DNA of 28,220 nucleotides from a virus (taxonomy: Duplodnaviria; Caudoviricetes). The notes under the pieces were generated by a model. The model did not search any database. It saw nothing but the letters and a program-made list of their open reading frames with translations, and was not told the DNA's origin. The first letter of the stretch is position 1, and each line of letters opens with the position of its first letter. This document shows, piece after piece, positions 16,230-24,311 of the stretch. Where the stretch lies: positions 1 through 28,220 of IMG/VR virus record IMGVR_UViG_3300020044_001006; one strand, 5' to 3'. Both the position numbers and the translations under genes were made by a program.

Positions 16230-16699
16230 GTAAGGTAGAAGTAGGAAGCCTGTGGATTGCTAAAGAAGACTATCCTTTATGTGCAAGTGTGCGCGAGGGA
16301 GATGTAGTCACTGTGAAAGAGGTGCTCGATGGCGCGAGAAAAATTATTTATGCCCTCTTAACAGAAGGAGACATTTGGTGGAGTTCTGACTTCGATTCAT
16401 GGGATAACCATTTTAAACCTTATGATGGGGAACCCGCTATGAACCTTGGGTATTTTAATTATCCAGATATTGACGATACTGGGGATATTGCTGACAATGT
16501 GAATAGTCCATCACACTATGGTCAAGGTAAGATTGAGGCTATCGACTATATCAAAGATTCCCTTACTAAAGAAGAATACATTGGGTACTTGCGAGGTAAC
16601 ATAGCTAAATACTTGCATCGCTGGCGCTACAAGAATGGTCTAGAAGACTTGAAGAAAGCCCAAGTTTATTTAGGTTGGTTGATCCAAGAAGTAGAATAG
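16226..16699 (+). CDS. DUF3310 (T7 gp1.7-like nucleotide kinase) domain protein with N-terminal extension
   Basis: DNVNSPSHY...IEAID...GN..KY..R...KNG.EDLKKA..YL; ATGA overlap with phoH. Confidence 0.85.
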   Translation: MSKVEVGSLWIAKEDYPLCASVREGDVVTVKEVLDGARKIIYALLTEGDIWWSSDFDSWDNHFKPYDGEPAMNLGYFNYPDIDDTGDIADNVNSPSHYGQGKIEAIDYIKDSLTKEEYIGYLRGNIAKYLHRWRYKNGLEDLKKAQVYLGWLIQEVE

Positions 16700-16700
16700 C

Positions 16701-16740
16701 AAAAAGCCGCACTTAGGTTTGATCCTAGGCGCGGCTTTTT
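16701..16740. terminator. Bidirectional intrinsic terminator between the convergent arms
   Basis: AAAAAGCCGC...GCGGCTTTTT inverted repeat with A/T tracts on both sides. Confidence 0.88.
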
Positions 16741-16756
16741 CATTTGTATTGCAGTG

Positions 16757-17146
16757 TTATTTCTTACGGGAGAATAGACTTCTGATAGACCTACCGATTT
16801 CATTGGGACTAGGCAACAACCAACCAAGCACTAGCAGAAGGATCACCCAAGGGTTTGTCTCATTGACAGTTACATTCTCTACTGATTCCGTCTTAACCCT
16901 GTTATTGTCTGTAGACTGAAATACCCTACCAGCCGTATCAAACTCTAACTTCTGTTCAGTATTATTTGTTGTTCCAATAGTCTGGCTATTAGTCTTTCCC
17001 ACTTGGGTATTGGCGGCTACGTTAGTTCCCCTTCCCGTCAGAAGGCCCAGTGGGCTTGTCCCGCAGCTTGCTATACTGGTCAAGACCAAAAGCAGCAGTA
17101 ACAAACGTGAAGATGGGCCAAACGAGAATTTCAATAATTTTAGCAT
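16757..17146 (-). CDS. Probable unimolecular spanin (lipoprotein with C-terminal TM helix)
   Basis: Hydrophobic signal with lipobox IASC28; C-terminal TM PWVILLLVLGWLL and basic tail; last gene of the lysis cassette. Confidence 0.7.
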   Translation of the reverse strand: MLKLLKFSFGPSSRLLLLLLVLTSIASCGTSPLGLLTGRGTNVAANTQVGKTNSQTIGTTNNTEQKLEFDTAGRVFQSTDNNRVKTESVENVTVNETNPWVILLLVLGWLLPSPNEIGRSIRSLFSRKK

Positions 17147-17228
17147 CTTTTACCTCTACAACGTAGAATAGCCATAACAGAAGGATTACTGCTACTTCTC
17201 GTTTGAATGTCTTTCTCACGATTATCAC
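17022..17228 (-). CDS. Putative holin (2 TM)
   Basis: Two hydrophobic segments, charged termini, lysis context. Confidence 0.55.
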   Translation of the reverse strand: MIIVRKTFKREVAVILLLWLFYVVEVKDAKIIEILVWPIFTFVTAAFGLDQYSKLRDKPTGPSDGKGN

Positions 17229-17486
17229 TTATGGTTTATCTCTCTCAAGATATTCTCTGATCCCCTTGATGTTCTCGTCTATTCTAGCTAGAGTGATAGC
17301 TTGAGTTTGTACGATGCTTTCAAGGCTAGTGGTTCTTGCATCAAGACGGATAATGTCCTCTGCGCTAGAGTCAATATCATTTCTAAGAGAAGCAGCAAAC
17401 CAAATGATAGCAGCCGTTTGACATGCAATGGCAAAGATCAGTGTTAGGGGTACGCTCTTAGATAAGTGCCAAGGTTCATCAGGCAT
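17229..17486 (-). CDS. Single-TM plus coiled-coil lysis-region protein (holin/antiholin-like)
   Basis: N-terminal TM then a coiled coil; adjacent to the endolysin. Confidence 0.55.
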   Translation of the reverse strand: MPDEPWHLSKSVPLTLIFAIACQTAAIIWFAASLRNDIDSSAEDIIRLDARTTSLESIVQTQAITLARIDENIKGIREYLERDKP

Positions 17487-17919
17487 TGAATAGGTCTCTC
17501 TCTTTTTTCCTACGTATAGTAAGACCCCTGAGTGGGAGCATCTTACCAGTTTGCTTATCTTTTTGTTTGTTCCACATTAGGAAGGCATCAGCAGCCCCCT
17601 TGTAGTCCCCTAAATTTAGCCTACGAAGCACTGTTGACCCAGCGAAGGCCCCACCACCTATGTTGAAGATCAGAGAGCCTAGAGCGTCCCTCTGGTTCTG
17701 TGTGAGGGGAACCTTTACTAGCTTGTCGATAGTGTCTTCTACCCACGCTAGGTCTTCCCTAAGAAACTGCTCTGCTTGGGCAACAGTGATAGTCATATTA
17801 GGTTTAGCGTTCTTTGTATGACCCCAACCAATAGTCCAAACATCATTCTTTGTTGGTAGGTAAGAGGTCAGTCTTAGGTCTTCATGCTCTTTGATAGCCT
17901 CTACGTTTTTAATACGCAT
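17479..17919 (-). CDS. Endolysin, GH24 lysozyme
   Basis: HE.LRL..Y...WTIG.GHT, Q.DAL.S..FNIG, ST.LR.LN and GL..RR..E motifs. Confidence 0.92.
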   Translation of the reverse strand: MRIKNVEAIKEHEDLRLTSYLPTKNDVWTIGWGHTKNAKPNMTITVAQAEQFLREDLAWVEDTIDKLVKVPLTQNQRDALGSLIFNIGGGAFAGSTVLRRLNLGDYKGAADAFLMWNKQKDKQTGKMLPLRGLTIRRKKERDLFNA

Positions 17920-17926
17920 ATTACAC

Positions 17927-18142
17927 CTAGACTTTAGTTGGGTAAGGGTAACGAGATTTGATTTCTTCTACTTTAGCAAGCCATTCTTCTCTGGTAGCTG
18001 TACTTCTTTGGTATTTAAAAAAGAGAGGGTCAGCTTCTTCTTTGTAAGAAATCTGACGCGAGGTCTCTTGTTGACGATATGCAACTTCAAAAGCCTCTTT
18101 AGCTCTTTGTTCGGCAGTCTTGAGTTTTGATAGGTCAATCAT
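17927..18142 (-). CDS. Tail-fibre-associated small protein
   Basis: MIDLSKLKTAE...Y..EADPLFF...W...V.EIK.RYP pattern; follows the fibre genes. Confidence 0.6.
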   Translation of the reverse strand: MIDLSKLKTAEQRAKEAFEVAYRQQETSRQISYKEEADPLFFKYQRSTATREEWLAKVEEIKSRYPYPTKV

Positions 18143-18435
18143 TATTTAGGAAACTCCAAAGGGCCATCGGCAGGGTTAATGAGAGGCTCTGGATCAACAA
18201 TTGCTGCAAAACCATCTGTAGGCCCGTGTGGGATAATCAAGGATAGATGCAATACGCCGTTAATACGTTCTACATCTGATGCAAGCCAAGGGCAATCTAC
18301 TGCGTCTCTTGGGAGAATTGCACCATCAGGAACCACAGAAAAGTCATAGGCTTTGCCATTGATAGTAAGTTTGTCACCAGACTTGATAACTTTCAAAGTA
18401 TCATCACGGCGCTGAAAGAGTAGGTTAATATTCAT
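18142..18435 (-). CDS. Tail-fibre-associated protein (probable assembly chaperone)
   Basis: QRRDD.L.V.K.GD.LTING..YDFS..PDGA.LP pattern; ATG 18435 is 7 nt after AAGGAG. Confidence 0.6.
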   Translation of the reverse strand: MNINLLFQRRDDTLKVIKSGDKLTINGKAYDFSVVPDGAILPRDAVDCPWLASDVERINGVLHLSLIIPHGPTDGFAAIVDPEPLINPADGPLEFPK

Positions 18436-18446
18436 CTCATATCTCC

Positions 18447-19286
18447 TTAAAACCACCTGCCGATAGCCACTAATCGGGTATCAATACCTGTAGGTGCATT
18501 TACTGCTGAATAATGTCTGAATACAGCGTCTGTGGCAGTTGCTGTGCCAACTGAGACCCATCGAGTAGATGTTTCAGTCATCCCTGTTACCACAGGAGTT
18601 TCAATAAAAGCTACAGGGAATGTCCATGTAGTTGTAGCGGCTGTTCTGTAGACTGAGCCTGATAGATCGGTTGCAGTCAAAGACCCACCTGCATAAGTCC
18701 AACAGATTTGTGTTCCATCGGCATATCTGATGTATTGCCCTCTATTTGCAGGACTGACAGAACCACGCTCAATAATTCCGCCAGTTGGAACACCAGATGT
18801 TTGACTAACTGTGGCAAGAATGTTATCACGAGAGTAAACTTGCGATCCACCACGAGTAAGGTTTGTAGAGTTTGTAGTCCCAACAACATCAAGTTTAACT
18901 GTAGGGGTACTAGTGCCTACACCAACATCACCAGCAGCAGTAATAACAAATGGGGTGCTATCTGGGTTTGCGCTATCTTCTACCAGTAGAGCATTGCCAG
19001 TTCCAGTTTGAGTAATACGCAGGGCATTACTGGTAGAGTTAGCATTTACACTCCATACACCATTGGTTTGGTCAACAGTAAAGAGACTGATCCAAGTAGA
19101 GTTAGTAGCGTCCCTCATTTTGAGGATATTAGTGGTAGTGTCATACCAAAGTTGGTAAGCAACAGTTCCTGTGGGTTCAGTAGCGCCAGAGTTACTAGAT
19201 TGAACAGCCGCAAAGACTTCATTAACCCTTCCCCTAAAGACTAGGCCGCTAGAGTTTGCAATTTCATAATTCGTTGTTTGAGCCAT
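18447..19286 (-). CDS. Tail fibre / receptor-binding protein
   Basis: N-terminal MAQ..Y.IAN..G...R...N, LWYDTT..LK.R; GDVGVGT repeat; C-terminal IIERGS...G.YIRYADGTQIC..WTFPVAF..AIGRW module. Confidence 0.75.
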   Translation of the reverse strand: MAQTTNYEIANSSGLVFRGRVNEVFAAVQSSNSGATEPTGTVAYQLWYDTTTNILKMRDATNSTWISLFTVDQTNGVWSVNANSTSNALRITQTGTGNALLVEDSANPDSTPFVITAAGDVGVGTSTPTVKLDVVGTTNSTNLTRGGSQVYSRDNILATVSQTSGVPTGGIIERGSVSPANRGQYIRYADGTQICWTYAGGSLTATDLSGSVYRTAATTTWTFPVAFIETPVVTGMTETSTRWVSVGTATATDAVFRHYSAVNAPTGIDTRLVAIGRWF

Positions 19287-19783
19287 TAGGCCACCTCATC
19301 TGCATAAAGTCTAAGTTTTGATACTACCGCATTAAAAGCGGGATTATTAGTGGTTAAGATAGCTCTCGCTTCTACAAGTCTTGCTGAGATTTCTGTGTTG
19401 TCGATACGGCTAAATTCAGTAAACACGGGTGATCCAGATGGTGCATCATCGCTTTGTCTAAACTCTACAACACAGTCAACCTCTGCCCCATCAGTATCAT
19501 CTATATCAAGCCAAGTATCAATATCCTCTGTTTTATCATCAAATAGGCTGAAGATATTAAGGGCGTTAAGTTCTATAAGGCTACGCAGTCTAATTCTTCT
19601 TACGGAACCAAAATCAAAGACGTTCCCAAAGCTGTAGATACCTTGGGAGAGTATGCCACCATTATAGTCAACATTACCTACACCATCTACATCTTCCCAA
19701 TCATCAATGTTTAAAGCACTATCAATAACTAAGTTACCATCGACAACAGCAAGATTTTGTTTAGCCCCAGAAAAGACTGCCAT
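19286..19783 (-). CDS. Tail tip protein; resembles a detached C-terminal domain of the upstream J-like protein
   Basis: Same frame as 19787..21883, one codon after its stop; SD GAGGAGG. Confidence 0.7.
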   Translation of the reverse strand: MAVFSGAKQNLAVVDGNLVIDSALNIDDWEDVDGVGNVDYNGGILSQGIYSFGNVFDFGSVRRIRLRSLIELNALNIFSLFDDKTEDIDTWLDIDDTDGAEVDCVVEFRQSDDAPSGSPVFTEFSRIDNTEISARLVEARAILTTNNPAFNAVVSKLRLYADEVA

Positions 19784-19786
19784 AGT

Positions 19787-21883
19787 TTACGCCTCCTCTT
19801 GCAAGATGCCAACAGATGTGAAAGGTATAACTTGAATACCCTTTGTGCTAACCATAGAAACTGGCCCTTGTCTTCCGCCGCTATCTTCTGCTCGAACAAG
19901 GTAAGTACCATTCTTTAGAGGAACAACAGCAATACTTTCATTACCACCTACTCTGTCCATAGAATAACTATTCTGCCAGCTTGGTACAGTCGCCTCACTA
20001 TGACGGATTACAATATTACCACCAAGTTTAACATCTAGATCAACAGACCTCTGCCACTTCAATACAGCTAGACCCCCAGCACTCTGTAAGGTCAAACCTT
20101 GTAGCTCCTCTGGCAGTGTAGTCAGACCAAAGACAGTTTTTGTAGAGGTGGAATATTCAGAAGAAACACCAAGCAAGTTGATATATTTGACCCTTATTTC
20201 CCAAGTCCCTGTCTCTACATCCCTAAGTTCGGTATTAGTCTGCGTTGTATCTGGTAGAGATAAAAACTCGCTTGTTATTGGAGTACCCTCTAGCGTGGCG
20301 ATCCTACGTGCTTGTACAACATATCTATCAACAAAAGCATCCTCTGCTGCATCCCAACTTATGTTAAGCAAAACACGAGCGCCAAGACCATCTCTTGTTG
20401 CGTACAGTTCTTCTGTAATAACAGGAGCGCCTGTCAATCCAGTTGAAAAGGCATCAGGAAGTGTAGTGTTGTTGGTTTCAAAAGGCTGGCCCTCTACTTC
20501 ACTAAAGACACCCTCGGAGATTTCCCTTAGCGTCATACGAGCTTGAAGGTCTTGTCCATCAGTTAAACCAAAAGTCCACTCTGTAACTTCAAAAGGTTTA
20601 TCAACCCAACCAAATCTTGTGTTAGTAATTTTTACAAAATCGCCAACTTGAACTTGGAAAGCCCTCATACCAAAAGATGCGCTAAAAGTAAGTTGCTCTC
20701 TATTACGATTTAAGGCAATACGGGCAATTCTTTGTGCTGTCTTACTCGAAGAAGTGAAGGGTAGAGCAAGGTCTAGGACGTTCACTAAACCATTATCAGC
20801 AGCTAGGTAAGAGGCTTCTGCGACTTCTGGATAGTCGGCTGGTTGGTATTCACTCTCTGGGCCTTTGAACTTACCTTTGACAGAGTTAAAGCTGTCCCTA
20901 CGAGAATGTCTTGTTGAAAGGGAGATACCAGACCTTAGATCGTCTTCATCAAAGGAGACAAGAGGGGTTGTCCAAGATGAGGCTTTCATCCGCCACTTAC
21001 CTTGACCATACCAAAGAAGGCCACCCATACTAGTCAACAAATCATTCAAGACATTTTCTGGGGCAGCGTCCGTAGTGAAAGCTCCGTTACAAGTGTAGCG
21101 TTTCTCACCCTCGACAGTTTGATTACAAATGGCCACAGCAGCATTAACCAGATCGTCGTCTATTCTACTTTGTGGCTGGTCTAGTCCATAAGCAGATGTC
21201 AAGTAATCTCTAATACAAAGGGCTGGATTATCACTCCAAGAGGTTGTTGTTGTTGCAGGGTTATAGACTTTCTTGCCACGAATGACAGCCGATACTGTAG
21301 GAACACCATTTGGAAAAGCATTGGCATTGTAAGTAAAACGAATATACAAATAAGCTATGCCTTGTAGTCTATGGTCAACTGTCCATTTACCAGTGGCAGA
21401 AGTCAGACTAGCAGTTTCAGAAATAAGGTTTGGGTCTGCTATTTGTGTATCAGTGCCTAGATAAATTTTAATACGAGCAAAACCTTTGTATCGACGTGGA
21501 GAAGTCACATTTCCCGAAGCATCAAGGGTCACAAGTTCATCATTAAAATAAATTTGCTGGAAGCTATCAATCTCATGCCCAGCAAAAGCTATAACTCTGT
21601 GCAAGTTAGTATTGGTTGCCCCAGTAGTGCAATCGTAGATACGCGCGCCACCAACCCTAGTTTCTCCATAAATAATCTGGTGATCTAAAGCTGCACCAAA
21701 AGCGCCTTGAAGACTATATCCACCACCACCTCTTGCGCTTGGCTTTGGGGTAAGTGCGTTAAGAGCTGCTCCCATAGCTGTTGTAACTAGAAAATGACTA
21801 ACAACAGAACCTAAGATTAGCGCACCGCCAGTAAGAACTGTTACACCAGTTGATAGGAGTGCAACTACTGCTGAAACTGCCAT
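19787..21883 (-). CDS. Tail tip attachment / central fibre protein (lambda gpJ-like, with FnIII-like domains)
   Basis: IIYGETRVGG, H.L.GIAY, G.PTV...RGKKVY.P, NPALCIRDYL and FNSVKG motifs. Confidence 0.85.
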   Translation of the reverse strand: MAVSAVVALLSTGVTVLTGGALILGSVVSHFLVTTAMGAALNALTPKPSARGGGGYSLQGAFGAALDHQIIYGETRVGGARIYDCTTGATNTNLHRVIAFAGHEIDSFQQIYFNDELVTLDASGNVTSPRRYKGFARIKIYLGTDTQIADPNLISETASLTSATGKWTVDHRLQGIAYLYIRFTYNANAFPNGVPTVSAVIRGKKVYNPATTTTSWSDNPALCIRDYLTSAYGLDQPQSRIDDDLVNAAVAICNQTVEGEKRYTCNGAFTTDAAPENVLNDLLTSMGGLLWYGQGKWRMKASSWTTPLVSFDEDDLRSGISLSTRHSRRDSFNSVKGKFKGPESEYQPADYPEVAEASYLAADNGLVNVLDLALPFTSSSKTAQRIARIALNRNREQLTFSASFGMRAFQVQVGDFVKITNTRFGWVDKPFEVTEWTFGLTDGQDLQARMTLREISEGVFSEVEGQPFETNNTTLPDAFSTGLTGAPVITEELYATRDGLGARVLLNISWDAAEDAFVDRYVVQARRIATLEGTPITSEFLSLPDTTQTNTELRDVETGTWEIRVKYINLLGVSSEYSTSTKTVFGLTTLPEELQGLTLQSAGGLAVLKWQRSVDLDVKLGGNIVIRHSEATVPSWQNSYSMDRVGGNESIAVVPLKNGTYLVRAEDSGGRQGPVSMVSTKGIQVIPFTSVGILQEEA

Positions 21884-22332
21884 TACAACACCTTTGAGTA
21901 AAGATTTTCTATATGCTTATATCCTAGCCAAACCAACAAGGAATCAAAAGGCTTGTGCCTCTTAGTATTTACAATCATAACTTCGACCCCATCTGCCTTT
22001 AAACACTTTTCAGCAAACTTAATAAGTCTTGGACTAGTGAAGCCTTTACGATATTCTTCGTCTACAAAAATCACATCGTTATAGCAAAATAGATGGTCTT
22101 TATAGTGGATATGAGACTTTACAAAAACAACAAAATACCCTACAAGTTTGCCATCCTCCCTAGCAGTAAATATCTTAAGAACGCCAGCATCTTCTAGGTT
22201 AGCATAAGCATCCCAATCAGGGTTTAGTTTGATCTTTTCTTTATTGAGGGCAACTTCTTCCCAGTGTTTTTCCAGCAAGGGGATAATATCTGCTTTAACT
22301 GTAACGAGAGATTCTTGTCGATAAGTTATCAC
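21883..22332 (-). CDS. GNAT-family acetyltransferase-like protein in the tail cluster
   Basis: AREDGKLVGY, D.IFV..EYRKG....LIKFAE and LGY motifs. Confidence 0.75.
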   Translation of the reverse strand: MITYRQESLVTVKADIIPLLEKHWEEVALNKEKIKLNPDWDAYANLEDAGVLKIFTAREDGKLVGYFVVFVKSHIHYKDHLFCYNDVIFVDEEYRKGFTSPRLIKFAEKCLKADGVEVMIVNTKRHKPFDSLLVWLGYKHIENLYSKVL

Positions 22333-22961
22333 TTTGGAGCAGCCTTTCCCCAGAAAATTTCTTTATCTTGTAGCGAAACAACATACTCTAGACCACGATC
22401 ACTGGGGAACCTAGATTTTTGATCTTCGTTGGTAAATCGTCTAACAACTGGGCGACCAAGTTTAACCAAGACGTTTTCAGCGGTTACAGAAATAGTAGCT
22501 GAATCAACACTTTCTTCTATATTCATCTGGTCGAGTTCACCAGAGAAAATCTCTGTCAGGCTTATACCAGAATCCTCTGGGCCTAAAAGACTGCCATTCT
22601 CTAGAAGGATAAAAGAGCCAGATTCTTGTAGGATACCTTCGCTACTCAGATCAAGGCCAAAATAAATACGGCACTCTCTACCCTGATAAGGCTCTTGTAG
22701 AGCTAAAGATAAAAAGCTAGAAGGTATTCCAGACAGTGTGATAACTGCCCCTTTAGCTTCCATTTCAGTGGTTTCTGATACAGAGGAGATATTTAGGAAT
22801 TGGCCTGCGCCCAGATAGGTTTTATCATCAATGACCAGATCACCATAACCAGACCAGAGATAAAGTGGGCCACTATCAAAATCAAGTTCAACAGCAAAGA
22901 ATGGTGCGAGGAGTTCTTTTGATAGTTCTGCAACTGTAACTATACCTATATCTCTGCTCAT
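22329..22961 (-). CDS. Minor tail (hub, gpL-like) protein
   Basis: LWSG.GDL...TY.GAG.., E.......LSG, FSG..D.M and R.T.EDQK..FP.D.G..YV motifs; position after the distal tail gene. Confidence 0.75.
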   Translation of the reverse strand: MSRDIGIVTVAELSKELLAPFFAVELDFDSGPLYLWSGYGDLVIDDKTYLGAGQFLNISSVSETTEMEAKGAVITLSGIPSSFLSLALQEPYQGRECRIYFGLDLSSEGILQESGSFILLENGSLLGPEDSGISLTEIFSGELDQMNIEESVDSATISVTAENVLVKLGRPVVRRFTNEDQKSRFPSDRGLEYVVSLQDKEIFWGKAAPK

Positions 22962-22980
22962 ACTGTCCGTCCCTATAAGT

Positions 22981-23706
22981 TTACACTGTTATCGCCAAAG
23001 TTCGGCTTGTCTCAAGCAGTTGCGTACCATCGCTCACAAAAGTAATAACAAACCTACGGCCAGATACAGTTCCAGTTGCTAAAGTGCTGACTGCCTTAAA
23101 TCCAGTACCAAAAGTTACTGTCCTAGAAGTAGTCCCACTGGTTACAATAATTACACGAGCAGTAGTTCCTGCGGGTGGTACAGTCGTCGTGAGAGTAATG
23201 CTTGCACTGATCGTAACTTGGCTGACATGGTTTGTTGCTAGAGCTTGTGCAACAGTGTTAGTGCCTACGTTAGCAAACAGACGGGTTACTTGACCATTAA
23301 CATCAAGAACAGAACTAGGGGATTTACCGATACCAACATTACCTGCACTATCTACTCTAACACGCTCAAGACCATTTGTCTCGACTGTCACTGTATCATC
23401 AGCAGGGAACCTAATGGCAGTGTTAGTGTCACCAGTGTGGACAATCTTATCAGCAACAGAAAGATCACCTGTAAAAGAACCAGTTGTCGCAGCTACTGTA
23501 GAGGGTGTGGTAGCCCCAATGGGTGTTCCATCAATAGTACCCCCGTTAATATCAATGGTACTAAAACTAGGCAGATTAAGGAAAAACTCCCCTCTAGTAA
23601 TACTCTTTGTTTCAATAGCACTAGTGTCTACAATAGGCAACAAATCATCTAGAGCAGCATTAGCACCAGTTAGGGGAGTAAGTTCTGAGATTTTCTTATC
23701 TGGCAT
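22981..23706 (-). CDS. Accessory fibre / virion appendage protein
   Basis: MPDKKISEL N-terminus; INGGTIDGT.IG and ER.R.DS.GNVGIG fibre repeats. Confidence 0.65.
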   Translation of the reverse strand: MPDKKISELTPLTGANAALDDLLPIVDTSAIETKSITRGEFFLNLPSFSTIDINGGTIDGTPIGATTPSTVAATTGSFTGDLSVADKIVHTGDTNTAIRFPADDTVTVETNGLERVRVDSAGNVGIGKSPSSVLDVNGQVTRLFANVGTNTVAQALATNHVSQVTISASITLTTTVPPAGTTARVIIVTSGTTSRTVTFGTGFKAVSTLATGTVSGRRFVITFVSDGTQLLETSRTLAITV

Positions 23707-23715
23707 GTGATTACC

Positions 23716-24300
23716 TTATAGGGCTTCTACGCAATCAAAACTAATACCATAGATGCTGGCACTGTCGATGCTGAATGATTGTTGAGTACTAGACAAGCGG
23801 AACCTGCCAACAGTGTTATTTAGTGTTACAGTAGCACCTGTCACAGAAGAACGAAGTTTAGGCCAAATCTCTAGAGTCCCGCTACCACTTCGATCAACAA
23901 GTACTTTATGCAGAGTTGATGTACCATTAGAGCCAAGCTGAATATAGTCACCAGCCAGCAAAGTACCTGTCATAGTGATCGTAGGGCTAGATGATCCAGC
24001 AGTCCCTGTAAGCGTGGCTGTAGAGGCTGTTCCTCTAGGGGCCTTAGCATTAGGGTCTCCCAAGAGGAAGGTTCCTACAGGCCCTTTTAGAGCCAATAGA
24101 AAAGCGTTCCAAGGTTCAGCTAAGTCCCTACGTACTGGTGGAATAGAGACCGAAGCTGTCCACCTTTGACCAGCATGTTGAATAATTTGTTGCTGGAAAG
24201 TAAAGGGAGATTGACTAATTGCAACGGCATTGTTAGCATAGAGTGTAATGTTAGCAATACCAATAGAGGTAGGTAGTGTTAGTGGGTAAGTAATTGCCAT
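23716..24300 (-). CDS. Distal tail protein (Dit-like)
   Basis: Immediately after the tape measure gene; SPFT..QQ...GQRW, W.AFL..LKG..GTF.LGDP, GDYIQ and IWP.LR motifs. Confidence 0.75.
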   Translation of the reverse strand: MAITYPLTLPTSIGIANITLYANNAVAISQSPFTFQQQIIQHAGQRWTASVSIPPVRRDLAEPWNAFLLALKGPVGTFLLGDPNAKAPRGTASTATLTGTAGSSSPTITMTGTLLAGDYIQLGSNGTSTLHKVLVDRSGSGTLEIWPKLRSSVTGATVTLNNTVGRFRLSSTQQSFSIDSASIYGISFDCVEAL

Positions 24301-24311
24301 AAAATCTTTCC

